Assembly (NCBI RefSeq): GCF_009914755.1
Contig: NC_060929.1
DNA: 64,000 nt
DNA from: the human T2T-CHM13v2.0 reference genome, Homo sapiens
Strand: one strand, 5' to 3'
Below the pieces are notes generated by a model that was not told the origin of the DNA, made no database searches, and saw only the letters and a list, made by a program, of their open reading frames with translations. The translations under genes were made by a program, and so were the position numbers. Every line of letters begins with the position of its first letter. Position 1 is the stretch's first letter. Below are positions 44,191 through 59,585 of this stretch, one piece after another.

Positions 44191-45330
44191 CTTGAAGACA
44201 AAAAATGGGACACTCAGATGGTAGTACCTTCCATATATGCAGTCAATAAAGAATCCTCAAAGAATCTTCTGCAAGCTGCTAAAAAGCCGAAAAGATTTAA
44301 CATTAAATATTTTAAAGTGGCTCCTTTTGATTACTGATGTAAAGAACAGAAATAATTTAAATCAAACCCAGTCAATGATTTATATTGTATGCACTCAATG
44401 ATTTATATTGTCATTCTTAGTACAGATGTATTATTTATAGCAAGTTTAAACCTTTTATGTAACCTCAGAATAAATTTAGCAAGTTAATGAAGCAATGAGA
44501 AAATAAGTAAACAGAAATGATTCTAAGAAGTGGTATGGTTAATTTCTGATTGTGAGAGGGGAGAAGGGAATCTATGTTATGTGTACTCCATAAAAACACT
44601 CTGTACTTTAGTGCATAGTTTCCCATTTGATTTGAGAGAGCACAGCAAAAGTCTAGCTCTACTTCCATTTTTATTTGCTACAATGGAGAGTCCCATAAGA
44701 GGGCCCGAGAAATGTCCTGGTTCCTGTAACTGTGCTTCTAGCAGTAAGAGCAACATTTCTATGTGCTGATGGGCAGCTCCATTGGAGATGGCTCCACACT
44801 GTAACATCTGCTAACATCTGTGCACTGCTTGCCTGGCACAGTGCCTTCTGTAGTCTTTGCCACATGCCCTAATGTAGCTGTGGCTGAGGAATGGAAATAC
44901 AAGGGTGAAGAGCCACAGGAGGTCCCAGTTTCACTTCCACTTTGTATCCTCGCTGCTGGTTTCTACCCATGATACTCTAAAGCCTCTTAAGAAATTCCCT
45001 TTGAAAATTTTAAGCAGCTTATCCTCTTTTAGGAAGGAGATGTGGATACTAACTTCTTGCTCAGGGATATTTGTGAAAGGTTCAAAGTGCCTTACAGGTG
45101 TTTTAAATACTTTAACGTAAATCATAGTTTCCCTACATCAGTGAATTTGGAAGGTTGAGAGCCAGATCTAAGGGAAGGGAATAAAAAGCTATTCAGTGGA
45201 CCTACTGCTAGTTCCTAAGTGAGAAGAAAAACGAATTGACCCAAGGTGATGCTGTGAATTATGTATCTACTAGATTCACAAAAGTCAGTATTTTTGTTGA
45301 TTTCCCTATTTCCCCTCCCCGCACCCCTAC

Positions 45331-45681
<351 letters not shown>

Positions 45682-48529
45682 TCAGGAAATGATGTTAGAC
45701 TATTCCACAGTGGGATGTCTTCAGGAAATCAGTCTTACATACTAAATAAAAAATTATGTTTCTTTCAACTCTTATGAATATACATCTATCTCTTGCCAAG
45801 AATGAGATCAGTTAATTTCAATCCCATTCTCTTATCTACAGGGTAATAGCATTATAATCATTATAATCTATTAAAGATAGAAATGAATGTTTTTATCTGG
45901 CCTTCTATAATTTGATTTAACTTTGGAGACAAAAATGCCACTATTTCCTTGCAGAGTAGGTCACTTAAGGAAAATTCACCCTAAAAATTGTACAATACAT
46001 AGTGTTGTTGGGAAATAATAATTTAAACGATAAAAATCTCTGTTGGTACTGGCAGAATTGAAATGATGCTTATTAACAGATTTTACCAAAGCTAAAATTG
46101 TGTGAAAAGATATGGATAATTTTACAGTAAAATCTGTTTCCAGATTTCCATCTTTTAGAAACCAGTAGTAACCAATAATTTCATTAGCCATGATTTGAAT
46201 CAGAAAACTTTTGCATTCAGTTTAAATTTGTTTTTGAAGAGGAGGCCAGAATCAAAGGATATAACATCGAATTATTTAAATGTTTGTTAATAGCATGTTA
46301 CTTGTGGCAGAATCATCCCTACCAACTTCATTTATTAAATGCACATATAAGCTATGTAAATAATATGCAAAGGTAAGGGCCCTGATGAAAAGTATTATGC
46401 AAATGAATTCTAAGCAAATGGAGATGATAGTAAGTGAATACAGCCCAGAATCAATAATAGCTTAGTCCACTACTGATTGCGCAGCTATTATCAAAAGAGG
46501 CTTTTTTTGGTTTTCTTTCTAAAGCCTTCCTGATCGGCCTCGATGGAAGCAAAAGTCTCCTAACTTTACTGGCCAATGTGATGAAGTCTGGCTGTATTCC
46601 AACTCCAGATTAGTTCAGCAAGAGTCACCACTTTAGCTACAGAAAAACAACACGACAGAAATCCCTTTCAGCGGACATTTGCTTTGCTGTTTTTCCAGTA
46701 CAGTGACAGTCTTGAGCATATTACTCACAAAAACTCAGCTTCCCTTAATCTAACACCCTCTTTTGTAATCTGTGACTTTGAAAGAATTTTTCTTTGTATG
46801 ACATTGTCATGTATGATATCTGGACCAGTGACTTGGGCTTCCTTTAACCTAAGTATGAATTAACTAACACAGGCTATTAAATTCAGATGCTGTAATGGAT
46901 GGGTACTTTGTCTTCCATACCACAGCAATATTAAGACGCCCACCCGTAAGGTTTTTCAAACTGAACTACAATGTCTTTTTTCACATGTGCTATTCCTTTG
47001 CTCTGTTACCTTAGGGGTAATTTACAATTGGCTATATGCAGTTATATATAAGGGTGTTGAGAATGCCACACAGAGATCACTGAAAAATAGGTGACTACTT
47101 TTAAACTAGTTTAGAATATGCTGTAATCAAAAGGAAAAGTTGGGATCAAATTATTTAATAGCCTGGTAAAGTATGGATTAAACAGATTTAAGTTATTATT
47201 CCAAGGGCCTTAAATATCATTGCAAAATTTGCAAAACATATTTCAAAATGCAGAATAGTTACAAATATGGATGGACAAATAAAATAGAAAGGATGTCTAT
47301 ATTTTTTTTTAAGGATATGGAAATAATAGACATCTATCATTAATACCTGAAAGACTTTACATTGTAGAGATGGATGACTGCATGCTTTGCCTATATTTAT
47401 ATGAAAAGTAAATAATTTTACAATAGTATATGAACATGGATATCTGTGGAACTACTTCAGGCCTTACTATTAACATTTGCTAGACTGCTTTCTATGGATG
47501 AATGCAGATTCTACTAAAACTAGACTCTAAGTACTAAAATGTGCTTCTATAGGTTTACTTAGCTTATTAACAGCTTTCAGAAAACCATCCCAAATGACCA
47601 CATATTCCCAAGCTTGAGAGGGGCTTTTATCATATACATTATGGTCACCCATATTAGTGAACTGCTTACGTAAAAGTTTTATGAGCTTGTGGTAAGTGGT
47701 ATTTTCCCTATCTTTCAACCAGTTAAATTATATCTCTGTAACTATTACTTATTTAGAGAAAACATACTAAAGCCTTAGGAGACATTCTATATAGATCTGG
47801 AAGCGTATCTGCCATGCTGAGTATTCTTCAAGAATAATATTAAAATGACTTGTGGCAACAAACTTCATATGCAAGCTAAAAAATGTTAATCTTTTCAGAG
47901 TAATCACTCTTTCAAATGCATTTTTGTAAAAGTGAATAAATTCAAGAAGAAAAACACTTATTCTAGATTCCATTTACTAATACTACTTAACATGATATTC
48001 ACAGAGGATCTTAACAAACAGTGCTAAATGACTTCTGGATTTTAACACGGAAGTACCTCTTCCTTAAAATTTTTAGCAACTGAGAACTATATGACAAATT
48101 TCTATACAATTTGGGCATTTATATATCTTGACTCATGGGTTTCATTTGGAGAAGATGTAAAATGATTAAAGAAGCATTCTTTTTTTTATCTGCATTACGA
48201 TTTGCATTTCTAATTTATTTAGACATGTGATGCTAGTATTGTGACGGTCATGTACAACTAAATAGGCTATCAGTTTGTGTAACTTCTGAACTTAAGCAAT
48301 CAATGTATTAAATGTAATAAATCAACATCTATTGTCTTTTATGTATCTGATATTTTGGAGGATACAGATGTTATTGGCTAGTGAACAGAAATATCTTTAT
48401 TTCTTCCTATTTCCTTACTCTCAAAGCTAAATAGTGAACAATTCTCTCATTTATTCCATCCCAGTCTTTATAGATTCTTTCCAGTTGTCACTACCACGAC
48501 CTCAGATGAGGGCACTAAAACACCTAACT

Positions 48530-48840
48530 GCTTCAAAGGCCAAAGCAGATGCCCCTCCCTCTGCCAGAAGCGCTCCTTCCCCACTTCACAGGCCAACTTC
48601 TACCCACTGGAAGGATGAGTTATGTATGACTCCACAAGGAGCCTACTTTCATGATCCAGCCATACCACCGCCTGCCCTCTTCCCTCACTTTGATCTCTTC
48701 TTTTGTGGCACTTTCCATAACAGTAATTATATAGTTATGCAATTATTTCTCTTATTCCCCCACTGAAGTTTAAACACTATAAGAACAGAGACTGTTTACC
48801 TGTTCACTAATGTTTGCCTGGCACTCAAATATTTGTTAAA
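48530..48840 (+). mobile_element. L2 3' fragment
   Basis: AACAGAGACTGT...TGTTCACT...GCCTGGCAC..TCAAATATTTGTT. Confidence 0.55.
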
Positions 48841-49787
48841 ACTGTAAAGGAAGTATCACATCAGAGAATGTTGGAGTAATCATGGAGAGAGCTTGGGGAC
48901 TGTTCTTAGAGTTTCCAGAGCACCCCATGGATCACTACCTCCACATCATCCATACTGGTTATATATTCTGCTGTCTCATGAAGCTCCTCGAAGGCAATCT
49001 TATTCACCTTTCACCTGGCACAAAGACATGCTCCATACATGATTTTGAACTAAGTAGTATTAAAATGGACCTATGCCAAAGAGTTGCTCATGCTCAGTCT
49101 GGACACTAACTGCTTACATGTGTGTGCTCATGGTGATTTTAGATGCATAACTTGCTAGTTAAATGATTTCTAATTCATATGATTATATATGTATACAACA
49201 TGCCTACAAAATACTCCACAAAGATAACTGTGCTTTCCAGGTACTCCCAGACTCTTGATATGTTTCAGTCACTGGTTTACAATAGAACTACTTTTGAGCT
49301 CTTTATTTTCAAATAAAATTTAGAAACTATTTTTGAACTATTAGGGCAATATTTTGCAGAATACCTTTGAAGCTATGTTACAAGTTTCAACTTTCTACTT
49401 CCAAGAAATGACTTTTGTTACAAAGTGCCCCCAGATGCTGTAAGGTTGAGATACCCTTACATTCAAATCCGAAAACTTGTAGAACAAGTGTTCCAAATGT
49501 TTAGTTATGTTATGCTGGTTTCAGAAACATAAGCTTAACTCTCAGTGGAACTGAAAGCTTTAGCCAGCTACTTGGTAAACATGCAGACTGGATTCTTAGC
49601 TATACTACTAAATCAATAGACAAAAGAGCAAAGAAATAATATAACATATAAGGAAAGTTTACTATGGCCTATAATCATGTAAATTACCTTAATCTAAGAT
49701 TCTCTAATACTTTTGCTTTGTAAATATAAACTACCAGTTACATAATCAAGAATACTATGAGCACACACACACACACTAAACCCTGTT

Positions 49788-50452
<665 letters not shown>

Positions 50453-51012
50453 TTAACTGAAATACACAGTTATTTTCTTAAATAAATTAAATGCCTACAG
50501 ACTCAATACTCATTGAATTTCAACTACACATTTTAAAGATTCATAACTTATTTTTGCATCAAATAGTGAATCAATATTGTTAATTATCATCTTTTTTATA
50601 TTTGGTCTCCATATGGTGACTTAAAATTTCTTCAAGACAGGTTAAGGAAAGACTGAAGTACAGAAGCAAGGGATTAAAGTTCTAATTCTGGTACCTATCT
50701 ATAGATTTTAGAAAAATTCCCTGACCATATGCTTTGGATTTTTCTTCCTGAAAAAGCAGAAATTGTATCCATTCTACTTCTCATGAGACAATTGTCAAAA
50801 AAAAAAGAAAAAAACAGTAGAGATAAAACTATAAAAAATAAAAATTATGAAAACACAGGATTAAATATAAACCCAAGTAGGCCCTTTAATGAATAGACTT
50901 CTATACACTATACCATCTAATTTTTGGAAGTACTAAGGATAGTGTTCACTACCTAGCATTTAAAGTTTTATACTAATATTGCTGAATAAATGGACTCTTA
51001 AAAGATGATCTC

Positions 51013-51062
51013 TTTTTTTTTTTTTTTTTTTGGCTAGTCAAGTAAAACAGTGGGAGTGGAGA
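51013..51062 (-). pseudogene. 5'-truncated Y3 RNA retrocopy (31 nt + poly(A))
   Basis: Minus strand TCTCCACTCCCACTGTTTTACTTGACTAGCC-A19 vs hY3 3' end TCTCCACTCCCACTGCTTCACTTGACTAGCC (2 mismatches); 13-bp TSD AAGATGATCTCTT at 51002-51014 and 51064-51076. Confidence 0.92.
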
Positions 51063-54000
51063 CAAGATGATCTCTTAAGGAAGAAACATGAAGAACAACA
51101 AAGATGACCTTTCTCTCATTTGTTATCACTAACTTCACTGAATTAAAAACAAGTGATAGTCTTCCCTGGTCCTTTTGGGTATAACACTTTAAGTTAGTCT
51201 AGAACTTACATCAAGGACTGTAAGGTATGATTCACAGGTGAGATATCAAACAACACTACTTGAAGCACTAAATGTCTACAATATTTCCAAGTATAGCAGT
51301 ATGTAAAAGTTATTAAATGCTTACATCTTGCTTTCCCAAAAATGGCATAATTGACTTCACTATTTTCCATTGATCAACACTGTGTTTCAAAGAGAGCCAC
51401 TAGACAGCACAAGTTGCATTCTGGTTTCTTTTTGCTGGTTATGATTTAATACTGCTAAAATCCATCCCCAAGTATAGAAGATTTAATTCAATCTATAAGT
51501 TTGAATCTATAAGCCTAGCTATTAGCATTGTAGTTCAGAAATTTATCCCATTATAATAATCTATTTCAGGATACTATGAAGCTATGCGGTCTCTTGTGCT
51601 AATTTTACATTATTGTTGAAAAGTTGTAACTGATGGATCACACATTTTTAATCCATGGTGCCATCTGGAAGGAATTTCAGTAATTTTAATTATGTGTGTG
51701 CATAATGCAAAAGCATAGGACACTACTTTTTTTCTAATGTTCTATTTAAAGACAGAAATGGCTAATCTGCCTTATGTAATGGGTTCTTTTATATAGCACA
51801 ATAACATTATCAGTGTTTTAATGATTATAAAGGCAGTACTAAGTCTCATGCTCAGCCATGGAAGGCCGTAGGTGGACATCTTATTAATTTCCTAGACTAA
51901 AGGCAGGATCACTTTAAGATAATCAGGATAAGGAGATTCAGAAATCATTACCCACCTGACCACCCCTTTTACTTAATATATGAGGAAACTGTAGCTCAAA
52001 GAGATAAAGTCTTTTGTCTAAGACTGTGAACACGACTAGTGGCACAGCTAGAAGAACCTAAGTGCAATCCCTTCATTTTTGAGACAGAGATGATGGTAGG
52101 AATGTCATATTTTTAGAGACCAACATGACAACAATGACAGACCATTGTATTATTCACATTTTCTCCCAGGAAATTATTTTCTCTTGAATTTTATTAGGTT
52201 CAGAACACATTCTATAAACTAGTCCCATAATAAAATGGGAACTGGTACAAGAAGCCCTTCTAAGTTTTAAATACCAGAAAAGCAATACTGTTAAGGTAAT
52301 GACTAATTCTGTTATATTTCTTCCTTATTTCTAAAGTACGTTTTCACCAACTTTAATATTTGCTTTCTATAATAGAAGAGCACACATCTTGTATTAGTAT
52401 CATATTTTGGGGAGGAAGTACCCTTTCTCTAAATATTTTAATCAAAAAATAACTTATTGGTGTTAGATTCCAGAAGAGGTATGAATAATTAAATCTCAAC
52501 TAAATAAAGGGGGAAACCAGACATTTTTACTTTAGCTTTTCTTTAATTGTATAAAAGCTCTTGGTTAAAAAAAATGCAACATTCCATGCAAATTATTCTT
52601 TATACAAGGATATGCATCGATAAATCAAGTACAACTGCATTATCTTCCATTTAAAAATGTTACCTAATGTCTATTCATAACTATGGGAAAGCATTTGTAA
52701 ATTCTAAAATAAACAAAAACTTATGATTATAGAAACTACCCACAAGAGTTATTATTTCTAAACTTTTCTTAGGAACATTTAAAATTTGCCTCACAACATC
52801 CCTGTGAGGTAGGGAGGTAAGTGTTCTCATATGACAACAAACCAAATTGATCAAAATATTAGTATCTGGTTACATGTAGAAAACTGGCTATATTTTTAAA
52901 TCTTAAAAAGAAATGGCATCTATGAGTCAGTTCTACAAAGAAGTCCAGGAAGATCAGGTTGCTTATTTTTGACTATATTTATCAGAAATAACAGCTATTT
53001 TGATTTTCAACCAACAGAAATCTTTCTCCATCAAAGGCTTTTAAATCTTCCAAAAATTAGCAGAGCAAGTATAATGGCATTTTGCCAAAGAAACAAAACA
53101 CGGGATGCCACGCCAAGTCATTCTCTTCTTCCTCTACATGGAGATAGCTTAAATGCTATCTAGGCATACACAGGAATCCAAGCAGTTAAGTGTCTTCTTT
53201 AAAGATACTACTTCTTTTGACTCTTCCATGTTAAAGCTGTGATGATTGGGTCTTTTTAAATTTTCATGTTTCTTCCATGTTAGTTTCTCTCAGTCAGGGA
53301 CTATTTGCATCTTGTCAATTAGGAAAAATTGTAGATCCTCTTCTTCCACAAGAAATGGTGACTCCACTAAGTTCCAAAACTAAAGATGATCAGAGAAATC
53401 ATCCACCAAGGGAAACTGGCTGTCTCCGGAGTAGGAAAAAAAAAAAATCTAACTTGGAGAACTGATCTTTTCTGTCTCTCAAAAATATATCCAGTAGATA
53501 TCAGGATGTAAGAGAATAAAGAGTCCAGCTTTTCCATAAAAAGGCAAAATGTTCAAGCAGAAAATTTTTAAAAAGTGGTAACAGGGGAAAGGGAGGAGAA
53601 ACTATTTAGGTGTGTTATGCTTTTTCTTTATTACTTACTGTTCAAGATAATTCTCTCTCTGCAAAAAACCCAGATGTGATAATATGTCTAGTATTAGTTC
53701 AAGGCTGAACATCTAGTAGATCACATGGGTTGCGAGACTTCGAAGATAAAGTACAGCTAAAGATCAGCTTCCTTCCTCGCTATGGAACCTAAGACTTTCT
53801 GACTATACGTAATAATGACAGAACAGTTTATCTGTTTTAAAAAGGTGAAAAGATATAACTACTAATAGTAGCAGTGTTCTTGGACTCAGGTAACATTCCA
53901 TGACATGGTTCTTCACATAACTTAACAAATTACTAGTATCCATTCTCTGTAACTCTAGAGAAAAAAAAAATCTATTATTTCGTAGAGCCAAAGAGACCTT

Positions 54001-54284
54001 AGGTGGTCTCTTTAATAGTAACTTAGATTGTGAGTAAAGCACACCCTAAAATGATCTAATTAGAAAAAGCAAGTAAGCCATAAGACCAAATATGCTTTCT
54101 GAAAACACTTTTGCTAATATAAAGTTCCAATAGCCTTATGTTACAGACACCGATGCAGCTATGAAGGGAACCTTTCTCCATTAACTATGTCACATTAAAT
54201 GTCATGGAAAACCTTAATTGATGAAAATTGAAAAAAAAAAAAACCCTTTAGTGTGTCAGGTAAATGAGACTTGAAAGATTTGGA

Positions 54285-55147
54285 TTTATTATCAAAGGGG
54301 CAGAAAATAGCAAATGCTGGTGAGGATAGAAAGTGGAAAGTTTGCACCCTGTTGGTGGGAAAGGTATATTAGTACAGCCACTATGAAGAACTGTGGATGT
54401 TCCTTAAAAGACTAAAAATAGAACTACCATATGATCCAGCAATCCCACTGCTGGGATATCTAAAAGAAAGGAAATCAGTATATCAAAAAGATATCCGCAA
54501 TCCCATGTTTACTGCAGCACTATTCATAACAGTCAAGACATAGAATCAACCTAAGTGTCCACCAATGAATGGATATCTACAAATAGTACCACACTGTGTA
54601 TATGTGGTACTATATGTGTTACATATACACAATGGAGTACGATTCTGCCATAAAAATGAATGAGATCCTGTCATTTGCAACAACATGAATGGAACTAGAG
54701 AACATTATGTTAAATAAAATAAGCCATGCGCAGAAAGACAAATGTTGCATATTCTTATTCATATGTAGAAGCTAAAAAAATTGATGCCATGGAGGTAGAG
54801 AATAGAATGGCTACCAGAAGTTGGGAAGGGTAGTGGGGAGTGGGAGATAAAAAGGGGTTGGTTAATGGGAATAAAAATAGTTAGATAGAAGAAGTAAGAT
54901 CTAGAGTTTGGTAGCACAGTAAGGCAACTATAGTTAACAATAATTTATTATATTATCTCAAAATGACTAGACTAGAATATATGGGGAATGTTCCTAGCAC
55001 AAAGAAATGATAAATGTTTGAGGTAACAGATATTTGACTACCCAGATTTGATTGGTAAACATTGTATGTTTGTATCAAAATATCACATGTACCCCAATAA
55101 ATATGTACAACTATAATGTATCCATAAAAATAAAAATTAAAAAAAAA
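54285..55147 (+). mobile_element. 5'-truncated L1MA fragment
   Basis: ACTACCATATGATCCAGCAATCCCACTGCTGG, TCAACCTAAGTGTCC; 3' end ATCACATGTACCCC..A tail. Confidence 0.9.
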
Positions 55148-55546
55148 TTGGGTTAATTTAGTGACTTAATTCTGCACTTTGTACATACAGCAGCCTTTAA
55201 AATGTCCTTTGACATAATTATGGCATTGATATACTGCTTGAAGGTTAATATACAAGTATGCTGAATACTCAAAACTACATGTATCCAGAAAAACAAATCT
55301 TCTATAATAAAAACTAGGTAGAACACTGTCTATGTAAAACAAGTATTGACCATATAATTGGTCCTTTAAAATAATCATCAGCCGACATTTATATAATGCA
55401 ATAAGGAAAAACACAAGCTAAGTCTTTTTCTAGAGTAATAATTACACTAGAAATCAGAGTTATTTGAAATGAATAATTTTTAGAATGTGTATTTTTATTC
55501 GTATTTAATAAGAACATGCTTTATATTCATTGGAATAATCCTATAA

Positions 55547-56071
<525 letters not shown>

Positions 56072-57267
56072 TAAAGGAAAAAAATCAACTAAACCTCTTT
56101 AAAAATCAGACAGCAAATGTACCCCCATTCCCTCTCTATAAGAGCTACCTCACCTATTTTGGAGAGAGAAAATGCTAGAAGACAGGAAGGTTTCATATTT
56201 TTACATAGGAAAACTGATACTCAGTGAAGAGCTCTTAAAAACAGTGATATTTTAGTAAGAATTCTTCCTCTTTAGTCCAGTTCATTTTTCCTTTAAAATA
56301 AACCATCAATTAGCTTTTAAGAAATAAACATAAGAAAGCATATTGCTCTATTTGTCAATGAATAAATTCCTAAAGCCATCAAGTTCTGAGGGTATAAGAG
56401 GAAATCATTAATCAATAGGAACAAACATTAATAGAAAAAAACAAACACTGAAAAACTAGGAATATAGGGGAACTTCCTCACCCTGATAAAGAGCATCTAT
56501 GAAAAACATACAGCTAACATCATATTTAATGGTAAACGACTCAACGCTTTCCTTCTATCAGGAACAAGATTAAGAAGATGTCCACTCCTGTCACTTCTAT
56601 TCAACACTGTACTACAGGTTCTAGCTAGAGCAATGAGTTTAAAAAAAAGAAAAGATATCCTGATAGGAAAGGAGGAAGTAAACTATCTTTATTTACAGAT
56701 GATATAATTTTATATATAGAAAATCCTAAGGAACCCACTAAAAAATGATTAAGACTAATAAATGAGTTCAGTAAGTTTGTAGGATACAAGATCACTACAC
56801 AACAATCATCCTTCCATATACTAACAATGAACAATTCAAAAGTGAAATTAACAAAACAATTTCATTTATAATAGCACCAAAAAGAATAAAATCTGAATAC
56901 ATTTAACAAAAGAAGAAAATCTATACTCTGAAAACCAAACAACATCACTGAAATTAATTAAAGAAGCTCCAAATAAATGGGAAAACAGCTCAAGTTCATA
57001 GATCACAAAAGTTAACATTAAGAGGAACATTTTGGCCGTGAGCTCCAAACTGATCTACATATTCAATACAATACAATCCTTATCAGAATCCCAACTGGTT
57101 TCATTGAAGAAACACACAAGGAAATTCATATACAATTTCTAGGCACTAAAATTCATAGGGAAATTCTAGGTACTGAGGAGTCAAAACAATCTTGAAAATA
57201 ATACCGAAGGGATCATACTTCCCAATTTCAAACTTAACTACAAAGATACATTAATTAAGACAGCGTA

Positions 57268-57570
57268 GGCCGGGCACAGTGGCTCACACCTGTAATTTGG
57301 GAAGCCAAGGCGGGAGGATCACTTGAGGTCAGGAGTTCAAGACTGGCCTGGCCAACATGGTGAAATCCCGTCTCTACTAAAAATACAAAAATTAGCTGGG
57401 GGTGGTGGCGCATGCCTATAATCCCAGCTACTCGGGAGGCTGAGACATGAGAATCACTTTGAGGCATGAAAATCGCTTGAACCCAGGAGGCAGAGGTTGC
57501 AGTGAGCCAAGACGGCCCCACTGCACTCCAGTTTGGGTGACAAAGCAAGACTCTGTCTGAAAAAAAGAAA
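57268..57570 (+). mobile_element. AluS with internal indels
   Basis: Short deletion after TGTAAT; duplicated GAG.CATGA.AATC.CTT. Confidence 0.92.
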
Positions 57571-57926
57571 GTGCAGTACTGGCATAAACATTGAGACCAA
57601 TGGGACATAATTAAGACTCCAGAAATAAACCCTCATATTTACCATCAGCTGATTTTTGACAAGGGTGCCAAGGTTCAGTGTATAAAAAGCAGTCTTTTCA
57701 ACAAATGGTGCTGGAACAACTGGATAGATGTGGACCTCTATCTCACATCATATATAAAAATCAATGGACCAAAGACCTAAATCTAAGAGCCAAAACTATA
57801 AAACTCTCAGAAGAAAACATGTGTTAATCACTGTAGCCTTAGTTTAGGCAGTGATTTCTTAGATATGATACCAAAAGTGCAAGAAAGAAAAAAATGAATT
57901 AGACTTATTTAAAAATTTAAAACATT

Positions 57927-58221
<295 letters not shown>

Positions 58222-58842
58222 TTAAAACATTTGTGCTGCAAAGCACCAAGAAAAAAAAATAGTGAAAACACAACTAATAGAACTGAAGAAAATATTTAAA
58301 AATCAATTATCTGGTAGGAGGTTAATAACTAGAAATTATAAAGAACTACAACTCAACAACAAAGAGACAAACAGTCTAATTAAAAATGAGCAAAGGATCT
58401 GAACAGCCATTTTTCCAAAGAATACCCACAAGTCACTAATAAGGCCCATGGGAACATGCTCAATATCATTAGCCATCAATGAAATACAAATGAAAGCCAC
58501 AATGAGATACCACTTCACACTTAAACCAGGATGGCTATAATAAAAAAGACAGACAATAACAAGTGCTGATGACATGGAGAAATCAGAACCCTTATATATC
58601 TGCTAGTGGGAATGCAAAATGGCACAGCTGCTTTGCAGTTCCTCCAAAGGCTAAACATAGAATTACCACATAACCTAGTGATTCTACTACTAGGTATATA
58701 CTCAAGAGAATTGAAAACATACATCTGCACAAAAACTCATACACAAATGTTTATAACAGCATTATTCATAATATTGGAACTTTCAAAAAGTGGAAGCAAC
58801 CAAAATGTCTATCAACTGATGGATGGATAAATAAAACATGGT

Positions 58843-59130
58843 GCCGGGCGTGGTGGCTCACGCCTGTAATCCTAGCACTTTGGGAGGCCGAGGCGGGTGG
58901 ATCACGAGGTCAAGAGATCGAGACCATCCTGGCCAACATGGTGAAACCCCGTTTCTACTAAAAATACAAAAATTAGCTGAGCATGGTGGCGCACGCCTGT
59001 AGTCCCAGCTACTCGGGAAGCTGAGGCAGGAGAATTGCTTGAACCCAGGAGGCGGAGGTTGCAATGAGCTGAGATCCAGCCTGGCAACAGAGCAAGACTC
59101 TGTCTCAAAAAAATAAAAATAAAAAAAAAA
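58843..59130 (+). mobile_element. AluSc
   Basis: GGTCAAGAGATCGAGACCATCC; TSD ATAAATAAAACATGGT at 58827-58842 and 59130-59145. Confidence 0.93.
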
Positions 59131-59233
59131 TAAATAAAACATGGTATATTCATAGAGCAAGAATATCAGACAAGAAAAGGAAATGACATACTGATACATT
59201 CTATAACATGGATCAACCTTAAAAACACATGCT

Positions 59234-59585
<352 letters not shown>

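Noticed and set aside
46570-46720. C-box-like GTGATGA suggesting a snoRNA
   Set aside because: On the strand opposite the host transcript, with no convincing D box or terminal stem.
53990-54013. Hairpin AAAGAGACC-6 nt-GGTCTCTTT (similar one at ~23885-23910)
   Set aside because: 9-11 bp stems are expected by chance in 64 kb; too short for a pre-miRNA.
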